A DNA stretch of 64,000 bases from Clostridia bacterium (GCA_045592585.1 JAZNVB010000026.1:7849-71848); one strand, 5' to 3'. Shown: positions 17,394-27,222, numbered from the stretch's first letter. Numbers and translations: made by a program. The notes: a model not told the origin generated them from the sequence alone.

Positions 17394-19856
17394 TTATTTT
17401 GTAATTATGAACTTATCCTCTGCAAAGTCAATTTTTATGCTGTCGCCGGATTTAATTTCACCACTGAGCATTTTTTCGGCAACCATATCCTCAATATCGC
17501 TTTGTATTGCACGGCGAAGAGGTCTTGCGCCAAAGCTGGGGTCAAAGCCTGTGTCGGCAATACGGTCAACTGCAGCATCTGTGAACTCTGCGGTGATGTC
17601 GTTTGCGGCAATCCTTTCTTTAAGGATGTCAAGCATCTTTGCAGCTATTGCCTTGATGTCGTCCTTTACAAGCTGACGGAAAACAATAATGTCATCAATT
17701 CTGTTTAAAAATTCGGGACGGAAGGCACGTTTAAGCTCGCCCAGGACATCTGACTTAATCTTGTTATAGTCTTTTTCTGTGTCCGAAGCAGCCGCCGCAA
17801 AGCCAAGTGACTTGGTTTCGGTTATCATTCTTGCGCCCAGGTTTGATGTCATAATTATAACAGTGTTGCGGAAGTCAACACGTCTGCCCTGAGAGTCGGT
17901 AAGGATGCCGTCCTCTAAAATTTGCAGCAGAATGTTAAACACATCGGGGTGAGCCTTTTCGATTTCGTCAAAAAGGATTACCGAGTATGGCTTTCTGCGC
18001 ACCTTTTCGGTGAGCTGACCGCCCTCGTCATAGCCCACATAACCGGGAGGCGAACCAACTAAGCGTGATACGGCGTGTTTTTCCATGTATTCTGACATGT
18101 CAACGCGGATAAGGGCATCCTCGTCGCCAAACATTGCCTCGGCAAGTGCTTTTGAAAGCTCGGTTTTACCAACACCTGTGGGGCCAAGGAAGATGAAGGA
18201 GCCAATGGGGCGTTTGGGGTCTTTAAGACCAACGCGGCCACGGCGGATTGCCTTTGAAACTGCGGTGACAGCTTCGTTCTGACCGATAACACGGCGGTGC
18301 AGTTCTTCCTCAAGGCGGAGGAGTCTTTCGCTTTCGCCCTCTTCGATTGCTTTTACGGGAACACCTGTCCAGGAGGAAACGATTTCTGCAATTTCGTTGG
18401 GGGTAACCTCGGTATTTTCGCCACGGCTTTCGTTTTCCCAGGTTTCCTTCTGGGCTTTAAGGCTTTCGGTCAGCGCTTTTTCTTCGTCACGGAGTTTAGC
18501 TGCCTTTTCGTATTCCTGAGCAGCAATTGCCGCTTCTTTTTCTTTGCGCAAGCCTTCAATTTTGTCTTCGGTTTCCTTTACATCCGGGGGTGCGGTAAGA
18601 GTTTTTATGCGGATTCTGGATGCTGCCTCGTCAATAAGGTCGATGGCTTTATCAGGTAAAAATCTGTCGGGGATATATCGGATTGACATTTTTACTGCCG
18701 CCTCAAGAGCGCTGTCGGTAATTTTTACACGGTGGTGTGCCTCGTATTTGTCACGGATGCCTTTAAGAATTTCAATGCTTTCCTCGTAGCTTGGCTCGTC
18801 AAGAATAATTGACTGAAAACGGCGTTCCAATGCGGAGTCTTTTTCGATATATTTGCGATATTCCTCTAATGTTGTTGCACCGATAATCTGTATTTCACCA
18901 CGGGAAAGGGCAGGCTTTAAGATGTTTGCTGCATCAATTGCGCCTTCTGCCGCACCTGCGCCGATTATGGTGTGAATTTCGTCAATAAAAAGAATTATGT
19001 TTCCTGCCTTGTGGATTTCTTCCATAACGCCTTTAAGACGTTCTTCAAATTCGCCACGGTATTTTGCTCCTGCCACCATTGAAGAAAGGTCAAGGGTGAT
19101 AACCTTTTTGTCTTTGAGAATTTCGGGCACAAGCCCCTGAACAATTTTTTGTGCAAGACCTTCGGCAACGGCGGTTTTACCAACACCGGGCTCGCCGATA
19201 AGGCAAGGATTGTTTTTGGTTCTGCGGCTGAGAATTTGTATAACACGCTCAATTACTTTGTCGCGGCCGATAATGGGGTCAAGCTTGAGCTCTCTTGCCA
19301 TTTTGGTAAGGTCGCGGCCGAACTTGTCAAGGGTGGGTGTTTTTGCTCCCACTGGTTTTTTTGAGTTGGGATTAACGGTATCTGCCGCAGGACCTTCGTT
19401 GGCAATTTCGCCAAAATTGTTGTCATTCATCAGCTTCATAATATCCGAATACAGCTTTTGAGGGCTTACATCAAGGTCAGCAATTATACGGACAGCAAGG
19501 CTCTCGTTTTCACGCAGAATTGCAATCAGAATATGTTCTGTGCCGATATAGTTGTGATTAAGGCGTCTTGCCTCGGTGTAGCTGTGCTCTAAAACACTTT
19601 TTGTCCGTGGGGTAAAGCCAATTCCGGGATTGTTTATGGGAAGGTCGGTGCCCACAAAGAATTCTATTTTGCTGATAATTTTGCTGTCGGTTACTCCGTT
19701 TTCAGCCAGAACCTTGGCGGCAACGCCTCCGCCCTCTTTAACAAGACCAAGGAGCAGGTGCTCGGTGCCTATATAGTTGTGGCCCATATCCATAGCGCAT
19801 TGTCCTGCTAAATTTATAGCACTTTTTGCACGTTCGGTAAGTTTTTGTTCAAACAT
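17394..19856 (-). CDS. clpC: ATP-dependent Clp protease ATP-binding subunit ClpC
   Basis: Double Clp_N repeat, two AAA+ modules ([16 protein letters not shown]), and a UVR-like linker. Confidence 0.95.
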   Translation of the reverse strand: MFEQKLTERAKSAINLAGQCAMDMGHNYIGTEHLLLGLVKEGGGVAAKVLAENGVTDSKIISKIEFFVGTDLPINNPGIGFTPRTKSVLEHSYTEARRLNHNYIGTEHILIAILRENESLAVRIIADLDVSPQKLYSDIMKLMNDNNFGEIANEGPAADTVNPNSKKPVGAKTPTLDKFGRDLTKMARELKLDPIIGRDKVIERVIQILSRRTKNNPCLIGEPGVGKTAVAEGLAQKIVQGLVPEILKDKKVITLDLSSMVAGAKYRGEFEERLKGVMEEIHKAGNIILFIDEIHTIIGAGAAEGAIDAANILKPALSRGEIQIIGATTLEEYRKYIEKDSALERRFQSIILDEPSYEESIEILKGIRDKYEAHHRVKITDSALEAAVKMSIRYIPDRFLPDKAIDLIDEAASRIRIKTLTAPPDVKETEDKIEGLRKEKEAAIAAQEYEKAAKLRDEEKALTESLKAQKETWENESRGENTEVTPNEIAEIVSSWTGVPVKAIEEGESERLLRLEEELHRRVIGQNEAVTAVSKAIRRGRVGLKDPKRPIGSFIFLGPTGVGKTELSKALAEAMFGDEDALIRVDMSEYMEKHAVSRLVGSPPGYVGYDEGGQLTEKVRRKPYSVILFDEIEKAHPDVFNILLQILEDGILTDSQGRRVDFRNTVIIMTSNLGARMITETKSLGFAAAASDTEKDYNKIKSDVLGELKRAFRPEFLNRIDDIIVFRQLVKDDIKAIAAKMLDILKERIAANDITAEFTDAAVDRIADTGFDPSFGARPLRRAIQSDIEDMVAEKMLSGEIKSGDSIKIDFAEDKFIITK

Positions 19857-19879
19857 AGCTGAATCTTCCTTTCTGTTAG

Positions 19880-20872
19880 TTATTTCAATGCTTCATTTAC
19901 AAGCTCTGCACGTTTAAGGTCGCGTTCAAGAGCTGTGGTAAGGTTGTGGTTTTTAATAATGGTTGCGGGAAGTGTATCATAGAATACTTTGGTTAAAGTT
20001 TCCATATTGATATCTTTGATTATTCCCAGATTTATGCCCCATCTTACATCCGATAAAAGATTTGCGGTTTCGGCAGACGAAAGAATTCTTGCATTGGTGA
20101 GAATTCCATAGGAACGCATAATTCTGTCTTCAAAACGGAATTTATCCTGAGAATAAAGGTTCTGCCCAAGGGTACGTTCTTTTTCGATTATGTCGGTTAT
20201 CAGACGGGTAAGTTTTTCGATGGTTTCTTCTTCGGATGAGCCAAGTGTTACCTGATTTGAAATCTGATATATATTTCCCTGAGCTTTGCTTCCTTCTCCG
20301 TAAAGACCCCGTACGGTGACTCCCAGCTTTGAAAGGGAACGGATGATTGCTTCCATTCTGCCTGTTGACGAGAGCGAGGGAAGGTGTAACATCACAGATG
20401 CTCTCATTCCTGTGCCCACGTTGGTGGGGCAGCAGGTAAGGTATCCAAAATCCTTGTGAAAGCCATAGTCAACCGATTTTTCAAGCTGGTCGTCAAGATG
20501 GTTGGCAGCATCAAGGCAGGCAGAAAGGTCAAACCCCGGTGCCATTGCCTGAATACGGATATGGTCTTCCTCGTTGAGCATAATACATTCGGTACAGCTT
20601 TCGTTGGTAAGAATTCCGCACTGCCTTTTGTTTTCAATCATTTCGGGGCTGGTTAGATGACATTCGCAAAGAGCCTGCCTCTGAACGGCAGACATTGCCG
20701 AAAAGTCAATGAAACGCATATCAGGCAGAGCTTCCCTGACTTTGTCTAAAACCTCGGTTTGTTGCTGGGTTGTCATTGCGTTGCCAAAGGGAAGGTCGGC
20801 GATGTTTCTTGCAAGACGAACACGGGAGGAGAGGACTATATCACCTGATGGTCCAAACTTTGTGTACCACAT
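19880..20872 (-). CDS. mcsB: Protein arginine kinase McsB
   Basis: Phosphagen-kinase-like domain (SSRVRLARN, CPTNVGTGMRASVMLHLP). Operon position between mcsA and clpC. Confidence 0.9.
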   Translation of the reverse strand: MWYTKFGPSGDIVLSSRVRLARNIADLPFGNAMTTQQQTEVLDKVREALPDMRFIDFSAMSAVQRQALCECHLTSPEMIENKRQCGILTNESCTECIMLNEEDHIRIQAMAPGFDLSACLDAANHLDDQLEKSVDYGFHKDFGYLTCCPTNVGTGMRASVMLHLPSLSSTGRMEAIIRSLSKLGVTVRGLYGEGSKAQGNIYQISNQVTLGSSEEETIEKLTRLITDIIEKERTLGQNLYSQDKFRFEDRIMRSYGILTNARILSSAETANLLSDVRWGINLGIIKDINMETLTKVFYDTLPATIIKNHNLTTALERDLKRAELVNEALK

Positions 20873-20873
20873 A

Positions 20874-21389
20874 TTATTTCTCTCCTTTCTGCTGATTTTC
20901 TTTAAGCTCGTTTATTTTGTCACGCAGGGTTGCGGCTTCTTCAAAGTTCTGTTCCATAACTGCGCGATTAAGCTTTGTTTGCAACTGTTCAATTTGGTCG
21001 GCGGTTTTTATATCCTTGCCTGCCCTTGCTGGGATTTTGCCTGTGTGATGCGTGCTGCCGTGAATTTGCTTTAAAGGCCGCAACAGCAAATCCTGAAACA
21101 CGGTGTAACAGTTGCAGCAGCCTGGCTTCCCTGATTTAATAAATTGACCTTGGGTCATTCCGCACAAATCACATTTTTTGGTGGGCACGCTTGATGAAAT
21201 CTTTGGCTGGCTGCCCCACAATCCGTTAAACAGACTGTCAAACTCGGTGTCGAAGCCCGATTTAAAGCTGAAAAAGTCCTGATTTTCTTCGGCACATTCC
21301 CGGCAAAGATACATTTCGGTTTTATGACCGTTGATTATCTGTGTTATATGTGTGGTTGCATCGTTCTGATTACATTTTTGACATTTCAT
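20874..21389 (-). CDS. mcsA: McsA (UvrB/C-motif, zinc-finger activator of McsB)
   Basis: MKCQKCNQ...CRECAEE CxxC pairs and a C-terminal UVR motif (MEQNFEEAATLRDKINELK). Start taken at the second Met (21389). Confidence 0.85.
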   Translation of the reverse strand: MKCQKCNQNDATTHITQIINGHKTEMYLCRECAEENQDFFSFKSGFDTEFDSLFNGLWGSQPKISSSVPTKKCDLCGMTQGQFIKSGKPGCCNCYTVFQDLLLRPLKQIHGSTHHTGKIPARAGKDIKTADQIEQLQTKLNRAVMEQNFEEAATLRDKINELKENQQKGEK

Positions 21390-21406
21390 AAAGAAAACCA
21401 TCCCTT

Positions 21407-21850
21407 CTAAACAAGATTTACCAATATATTTTTAAGCATTTTTGCCCGTACTATGTCACGCTCGGGGCGGCTGATAATAATTGAATTGTCGCTGAGTGCC
21501 GCCATAATAATTTTTGCTTCCTTGTGTGTTAAAAGCTCTGCGGAATATAGCTCGTTGATTACCGCATTGGCACTTGCCGATGTAATGCTGTTCCCGATTG
21601 CATTGACTATATGCAGAATAAGATGTTCGTTTTCGGGAACAGTTTTGGTTATCCTGATATACCCACCGCCGCCACGCCGGCTTTCAACGCTGTAGCCCCT
21701 TTCGGGAGAGAAGCGGGTGGATATAACATAGTTTATCTGTGAGGGAACACAGTTAAACCGATTTGCAAGTTCGTTTCGCTGCAGTTCAATCTCACGGCTT
21801 TCCTCAAGCATTTCCTTGATAAATTCTTCTATTATATTACTTAGTTTCAT
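21407..21850 (-). CDS. ctsR: CtsR, class III stress gene repressor
   Basis: N-terminal SNIIEEFIKEML... and the glycine-rich RRGGGGYIRI loop. Confidence 0.9.
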   Translation of the reverse strand: MKLSNIIEEFIKEMLEESREIELQRNELANRFNCVPSQINYVISTRFSPERGYSVESRRGGGGYIRITKTVPENEHLILHIVNAIGNSITSASANAVINELYSAELLTHKEAKIIMAALSDNSIIISRPERDIVRAKMLKNILVNLV

Positions 21851-21872
21851 CTTATATCACCTCTAAGTGTTT

Positions 21873-21903
21873 TTTGACTTTGACTTTCTTTGACCTTGAC
21901 TTT
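21873..21903 (-). promoter_or_regulatory. CtsR operator array. Core GGTCAAAGAAAGTCAAA (minus strand, 21895-21879) flanked by two further GTCAA(A) half-sites.
   Basis: Matches the RGTCAAA-NAN-RGTCAAA consensus. Lies between the predicted -10 and the ctsR SD. Confidence 0.8.
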
Positions 21904-21931
21904 ATTATAGCAAAAATTTTTCTTTTGTCAA
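21904..21931 (-). promoter_or_regulatory. Sigma-A promoter of the ctsR operon (TTGACA 21931-21926, TATAAT 21909-21904)
   Basis: Both hexamers are perfect on the minus strand, with 16 nt spacing. Confidence 0.7.
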
Positions 21932-21947
21932 TAGGTTTTTGTAAAAA

Positions 21948-21964
21948 AGTCAGGAAAGGTCAAA
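21948..21964 (+). promoter_or_regulatory. Second, imperfect CtsR-like box AGTCAGGAAAGGTCAAA
   Basis: One good heptad and one degenerate heptad with the correct 3 nt spacer. A further GTCAAA lies at 21982-21987. Confidence 0.4.
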
Positions 21965-21990
21965 TTTTTTTAAAAAAATTTGTCAAATGT

Positions 21991-22019
21991 TTGCAATTAT
22001 TGATGATTTAGTATATAAT
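21991..22019 (+). promoter_or_regulatory. Candidate sigma-A promoter for madL (TTGCAA-17-TATAAT)
   Basis: Hexamers at 21991-21996 and 22014-22019. Confidence 0.45.
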
Positions 22020-22061
22020 AAACTGGTTTGAAAAAAAGCAAGCAAAAAAGGAAAGGAATGA

Positions 22062-22445
22062 TTGTTTGTGATTTATGGTGTAGCATTACTTGCGGGCTGT
22101 ATGTTTGTAGGTTCATTCATCGGAAACATTCTCGGCCTCCTTACAGGGGTTAACTCAGATGTTGGCGGTGTTGGATTTGCAATGTTATTGCTTTTGATTG
22201 TAACAAATTCAAAAAAGATAACTTCATGGTTGCCCAAGGATTATGAAAAGGGTATTGATTTCTGGAGTAAAATGTTTATTCCTGTAATCATAGCAATGTC
22301 TATGTCACAGAATGTTATTGCTGCTCTTTCTCAGGGTTGGCTTGCCATTGCGGCAGGGCTTGGAGTTGTTGCGGTAGCATTTATGTTTGTACCCATTCTC
22401 AATAAATTGGCTCCCGATAAAGCAGATAAGGAGGATGCAGAATAA
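22062..22445 (+). CDS. madL: Malonate transporter subunit MadL-like membrane protein
   Basis: (M)FVIYGVALLAGC...NSDVGGVGFAMLLLL resembles MadL. Start is TTG 22062 or GTG 22068. Confidence 0.65.
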   Translation: MFVIYGVALLAGCMFVGSFIGNILGLLTGVNSDVGGVGFAMLLLLIVTNSKKITSWLPKDYEKGIDFWSKMFIPVIIAMSMSQNVIAALSQGWLAIAAGLGVVAVAFMFVPILNKLAPDKADKEDAE

Positions 22446-23259
22446 TGAAAGCGATACTTGATATTATAGCAGATATATTTATCAGCAACGGATTTGTAAT
22501 GGCATTCCTTATTGTAGGTATTGTGGCAATGTTCTCAAACTTTGTTTCAACAAAGATAACAAAGGGCAGGATACATAATTCCGCAATAGCAATTTTCCTG
22601 GGTCTTGTTCTTGCCTACATTGGTGGAATAATTGCTACTAAATATGGTGTCAGCAATGGCTGGATTAAGGATGTAAGTGCAGCAAAAAAGGTCTTGCAAA
22701 TATACCTGTATTTGCAGGAATCGGTGTTCTTGGCGGTTCATCCCTTCGTGACTTTGCCATAGTTTCAACAGCTTTTGGTGCAAAGATGTCTGAAATTAAA
22801 AAGTGTGGACTTATCGGTGGTGTTTCACTCCTGATAGGTATTGTTGTTACATTTATAGTAGGCGTGCTTATTTCTGTTGCATTTGGTTACACAGATGCAG
22901 TAAGTGCTTCAACCATTGCTGCAGGAACTGTTACCTTTGTTGTTGGCCCTGTTACCGGCGAAGCTCTCGGTGCCACAGATACAGTTATCACAATTTCTAT
23001 TGCAGCAGGTGTTGTTAAGTCGATTGCTGTAATGATGCTTACCCCTGTTGTGGCAAAAAAGATTGGCCTTACCACACCCCGTGCGGCAATGATTTTCGGT
23101 GGTCTTATGGGAACAACCAGCGGAACTTCTGCAGGTCTTGCTGCAACAGATGCAAAGCTTGTGCCCTACGGCGCAATGACCGCTACATTCTATACAGGTC
23201 TTGGTTGCCTTTTGTGCCCCACAGTTCTCTATTATCTGACAACATTATTCCTGCACTAA
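22445..23259 (+). pseudogene. madM: MadM-like transporter subunit interrupted by a -1 frame change at an A_AAA_AAG site (track ORFs 22445-22762 and 22786-23259)
   Basis: The 0 frame ends at TAG 22760-22762. The -1 frame from 22690 reads GLANIPVFAGIGVLGGSSLRDFAIVSTAFGAKM and continues into the 157 aa ORF. Together they give a MadM-sized protein. Confidence 0.7.
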
Positions 23260-23402
23260 AGCAGAACAATCTACAATTACATATAAAGGCGATTTGTGCG
23301 AATAACAAATCGCCTTTATTCTTTTTAATGGTATTGCATTTGTTGCAATTTTGAGATATAATATAATATTGAATTCAATAGAATTGGAACGGTGCTGACA
23401 CA

Positions 23403-24119
23403 ATGACAAAAGAAAAATCACAGAATTCATATCTGTATGGATTAAACAAGGGGCTTCCCATTGCACTTGGTTATCTTTCGGTATCCTTTGGGTTTGGTAT
23501 TACCGCAGTGGGAATGGGTATTAACCCCATCGGCACAATACTTATATCATTAACAAATCTGACCTCGGCAGGTCAGGTGGCAGGTATTGGTATTATTGCC
23601 GCCTGCGGAGCTATTATCGAAATGATTCTGGCGCAGCTTGTTATAAATATGCGGTACAGCCTTATGGGATTGGCTCTTACCCAAAAGCTGGATGGCAGTT
23701 TTACCACCCCTCACCGTATGATTACCTCCTTTGCAATAACCGACGAGGTCTTTGCGGTTGCGGCGGCAGAAAGGGGTCTTATTGGCAGAAGGTTTATGTA
23801 TGGTCTGATAACTCTGCCACCTGTTGGCTGGACAATGGGTACGACTTTGGGTGTGTATGCAGGGCAGATTTTGCCGCCATCGGTGTGCGCGGCGCTGGGA
23901 CTTGCCATTTACAGTATGTTTATTGCCATAATTATTCCACCTGCAAAGGCTGATAAGGGAGTTTTGTGTGCGGTGCTTATTGCCTCGGCAATGAGTTGTG
24001 CATTTTATTATATCCCGATATTTGACGGACTTTCGCAAGGCTTTTCAATTATAATATGCGCCGTTGTTGCATCGGGAATAATGGCATATATCGCACCAAA
24101 GTCAGGGGAGGAGGAGTAA
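23403..24119 (+). CDS. azlC: AzlC-family branched-chain amino acid permease component
   Basis: Typical AzlC N-terminus (GLPIALGYLSVSFGFGI) and size. Followed by azlD. Confidence 0.85.
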   Translation: MTKEKSQNSYLYGLNKGLPIALGYLSVSFGFGITAVGMGINPIGTILISLTNLTSAGQVAGIGIIAACGAIIEMILAQLVINMRYSLMGLALTQKLDGSFTTPHRMITSFAITDEVFAVAAAERGLIGRRFMYGLITLPPVGWTMGTTLGVYAGQILPPSVCAALGLAIYSMFIAIIIPPAKADKGVLCAVLIASAMSCAFYYIPIFDGLSQGFSIIICAVVASGIMAYIAPKSGEEE

Positions 24120-24278
24120 CGTGATAAACACGTTATCAATAATTAAATGCCCGTGCGATATTTTCGCCGGGGCGAAACGCACATGGGCAAATATCTATTA
24201 TACGCCTTATCTGCCCACGATATGGTGTAATATGTTTTCACGTTATGATTTGTGGGCTGAAAGGCTATGGATATTTAT
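24113..24278 (+). ncRNA. Structured SD-to-SD cassette, unit D (monomer between azlC and azlD)
   Basis: - Opening SD: GGAG 24113-16 overlaps the last azlC codons.
- P1: AACGTG 24118-23 with CACGTT 24129-34.
- P2: GCCC 24149-52, GTGCG ... CGCAC, bulge AT, GGGC 24185-88.
- P3: CCTTATC 24205-11 with GATATGG 24219-25.
- Pseudoknot: GCCCAC 24213-18 with GTGGGC 24252-57.
- SD helix: AAATATC 24189-95 with GATATTT 24270-76. Confidence 0.65.
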
Positions 24279-24584
24279 ATGAATAAAATGTTTTTTGCGT
24301 ATCTTGCCGCCATGGCGTTGGTGACATACTTTATCCGCATGATTCCCTTTACCCTGATGCGCAGCAAAATAAAATCACCTTTTATACAGAGTTTTTTGTT
24401 CTATGTGCCATATTCGGTACTTGGGGCGATGACCTTTCCCTACATTCTTTATGCCACGGGAAATATGCTTACTGCGGCGCTGGGTACTGCGGTGGCATTT
24501 GTTCTTGCATATTTTGGACGGTCACTTTTGACTGTTGCAATTTGTGCCTGTGCTGTTGCATTTGCGGCAGGCTTGATTTTTTAA
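24279..24584 (+). CDS. azlD: AzlD-family branched-chain amino acid transport protein
   Basis: Small 4-TM protein following azlC. Start ATG 24279 chosen by analogy with the other cassette-to-ATG spacings. The track start is 24267. Confidence 0.8.
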   Translation: MNKMFFAYLAAMALVTYFIRMIPFTLMRSKIKSPFIQSFLFYVPYSVLGAMTFPYILYATGNMLTAALGTAVAFVLAYFGRSLLTVAICACAVAFAAGLIF

Positions 24585-24653
24585 TAAAATAAAATAAAAG
24601 AATAGACCAAACAGCAGAAAGATAAAATATTGATAGAAAAAGGAGTGACAAAT

Positions 24654-25937
24654 TTGAGAACAGAGAAAATTGAAATTTCAAAGGGTGTATCCTTGCGTTT
24701 TCTTGAAACCGATAAATTCAAGACAAATGTGATGAGTATATGTTTCAGGCTTCCCCTTGAAAGAAAAACAGTTACAAAGATAGCTCTTTTGCCAAGAGTT
24801 TTAAAGCGAGGCAGCGAAAAATATCCCACGATGAGTGACCTTTCAAGAAGGGCTCAGGAGCTTTACGGTGCATCGCTTTCGGCAGATAACGGCAAACGTG
24901 GCGACCTTATGCTCCTTCGGGTATCGGTGCAGTTTGTCAGCGACAGCTTTATTTCGGAAAGTATTATCGGCGACGTTTGCGAACTGCTTAAGGAGTTTGT
25001 TCTTTGCCCGGTGACAAAAGACGGAGCTTTTGACAAGGTATATGTTCAGCAGGAAAAGGAGAATACCAAAAACTATATTTTGGGGCTTATAAATGATAAA
25101 AAGGAATATGCGGCTGTTCGCTGTAATGAAATTATGTTCGAGGGTGACCCCTACGGAATAATTTCTCACGGATATATAGAGGACCTTGAAGAAATTGACG
25201 AAAAGAATCTTTACGAGTTCTATAAGGAAATGATTAAAACCGCAGCGGTTGACGTTTATGTCAGCGGAAGCTTTGACAAGACTGCGGTGAAAGGTGAGAT
25301 TGAAAAGAACTTTAAAGAGGCGTTTTGCGACCGTGATACATTAGTTTGCGAAACTAAACTTGCTAAGGTTGAAGAAAATATTGAGGTTAAGAATGTTGTT
25401 GAAGAAATGCCTGTTTCGCAAAGCAAGCTGGCAATGGGCTTTAACTGCGGCATTGACCCAAGGTCGGATGAGAGCTATGCCCTTGCCCTTTGTTCGTGCC
25501 TTTATGGCGGAAGTGCAATTTCAAAGCTTTTTAACAATGTCCGTGAAAAGCTCAGCCTTGCCTATTATGTATTTTCGGCGGTTGACCGTCACAAGGGTTG
25601 TATGAAGGTGAATGCAGGGATTGAAGCATCAAAGTATGACGAGGCGTTCAATGAAATAATGCTTCAGCTTGATATGATGAAAAAAGGCGAGTTCACTGAC
25701 GAAGAAATTGATTTTGCCAAAAAGACATTCAAGAATTCAGCAGGCAGCATAAAAGACAGTTTGGTTGCAACCGAGGACTTTTATATGAGCCGTGCTTTGC
25801 TTGGCGTTGAAGAATCTGTTGACGAGTACCTTGAAAAAATTAACAAGGTAACACGTGAGGAGATAGTTGCTGCAGCAAATAAAATACAGCTTGATACAAT
25901 TTACTTTTTGAAGGGGGTACAGGGCAATGAAATTTGA
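24654..25937 (+). CDS. M16-family (insulinase-like) protein lacking the zinc motif, YfmF-like
   Basis: Peptidase_M16 fold pattern with no HxxEH. Paired with the catalytic partner downstream. TTG 24654 follows AGGAG plus 8 nt. Confidence 0.7.
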   Translation: MRTEKIEISKGVSLRFLETDKFKTNVMSICFRLPLERKTVTKIALLPRVLKRGSEKYPTMSDLSRRAQELYGASLSADNGKRGDLMLLRVSVQFVSDSFISESIIGDVCELLKEFVLCPVTKDGAFDKVYVQQEKENTKNYILGLINDKKEYAAVRCNEIMFEGDPYGIISHGYIEDLEEIDEKNLYEFYKEMIKTAAVDVYVSGSFDKTAVKGEIEKNFKEAFCDRDTLVCETKLAKVEENIEVKNVVEEMPVSQSKLAMGFNCGIDPRSDESYALALCSCLYGGSAISKLFNNVREKLSLAYYVFSAVDRHKGCMKVNAGIEASKYDEAFNEIMLQLDMMKKGEFTDEEIDFAKKTFKNSAGSIKDSLVATEDFYMSRALLGVEESVDEYLEKINKVTREEIVAAANKIQLDTIYFLKGVQGNEI

Positions 25938-27222
25938 ATTGACAGAAAATAAGGCTCTTAAGGAAAGTATCCTTTCAGGCGTTCACGAAAGCGGGCTGCG
26001 GGTGTATATTATCCCCAAACAAGGTTTCAGCAAGTATTATGCCATTTACGGCACCGAATACGGCTCAATTGATGATGTATTAAAGCTTCCTGAGGGCGAA
26101 ATCAAGCTCCCTGACGGAATTGCACATTTTCTTGAACACAAGCTTTTTGAAGAGGAAGACGGCAAGGATGCCTTTGAAAAGTTTGCGGCAACGGGCGGCA
26201 ACAGTAACGCGTTTACGAGCTTTGATATGACGGCATATCTGTTTTCCTGCACCGAGAATTTTTACGAAAATCTTGACATTCTTCTGGAATTTGTCAACAA
26301 CCCCTATTTCACCGATGAAAATGTGGCCAAAGAGCAGGGAATTATCGGTCAGGAAATCAAGATGTATGACGACGACCCCAACTGGCGGCTGTTCTTCAAT
26401 ATGCTTCAGGGTATGTATCACAACAACCCTGTAAAGACCGATATTGCAGGCACGGTTGAAAGCATCAGCAATATAAATCCTGAACTTCTGTACAAGTGCA
26501 CAAAGGCATATTACAACCCGTCAAATATGATTTTGGTTATGGTGGGCGATATCGACCCTGAAAAGGCGGTATCTTATATTGATAAATATGTAAGTCCCGA
26601 AAAAGATATGGGCAAGATTGAAAAACGGAAAGTTGACGAGCCTGATACAGTAGTTAATAAAATTGTTCGCCAGAAGTTAAGTGTTTCAAAGCCTCAGTTC
26701 CTTATTGGATTTAAGGAGAAGGAAGAAGGGGTTAAAGGCAGAGAACTGCAGCTTAAACAGATAAAAACCCAGATTTTAATGGAAGTTCTGTTTGGCAAAA
26801 GCAGTGAATTTTTCACCGAACTTTACGGCGAGGGCATTATTGATGCAACATTCGGATATGATACCGAGCTTGAGGTTGGCTACGGCTTTTCGTCAATAAG
26901 CGGCGAAAGCTCAAAACCCGAAGAAGTTTATGAAAAAACTCTTGAATATGTGGCAAAAATGGCGGCAAAGCCTCTCGATAAAGGAGCGGTTGATGTTGCA
27001 AAGCGAGTGCTTATCGGCAAGAATTTAAGACGGTTTAACAGCGTTGAACGTCTGGGTAATGACTTTATCCGTTGCTTTATGAGTGGCATTAACCCCCTTG
27101 AATACAGCGACCTTGTTCAGCAGGTTACCATTGAGCAGATTGAAGAAAGGTTAAAGGAGCACTTCGACACAGAATCTTGTGTACTTTCTATAATTGAACC
27201 TTTGGACGGTGAAGACAAATGA
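25927..27222 (+). CDS. M16-family zinc peptidase, YfmH-like
   Basis: Inverted zinc motif HFLEH (GIAHFLEHKLFE) and M16 N- and C-domains. Confidence 0.8.
   Translation: MKFELTENKALKESILSGVHESGLRVYIIPKQGFSKYYAIYGTEYGSIDDVLKLPEGEIKLPDGIAHFLEHKLFEEEDGKDAFEKFAATGGNSNAFTSFDMTAYLFSCTENFYENLDILLEFVNNPYFTDENVAKEQGIIGQEIKMYDDDPNWRLFFNMLQGMYHNNPVKTDIAGTVESISNINPELLYKCTKAYYNPSNMILVMVGDIDPEKAVSYIDKYVSPEKDMGKIEKRKVDEPDTVVNKIVRQKLSVSKPQFLIGFKEKEEGVKGRELQLKQIKTQILMEVLFGKSSEFFTELYGEGIIDATFGYDTELEVGYGFSSISGESSKPEEVYEKTLEYVAKMAAKPLDKGAVDVAKRVLIGKNLRRFNSVERLGNDFIRCFMSGINPLEYSDLVQQVTIEQIEERLKEHFDTESCVLSIIEPLDGEDK

Noticed and set aside
22445-23259. Treating 22445-22762 and 22786-23259 as two independent small membrane-protein genes
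   Set aside because: The -1 frame is open and MadM-like from 22690, well upstream of the second ORF's ATG. The combined length matches one MadM-type protein. The second ORF's ATG has no SD.
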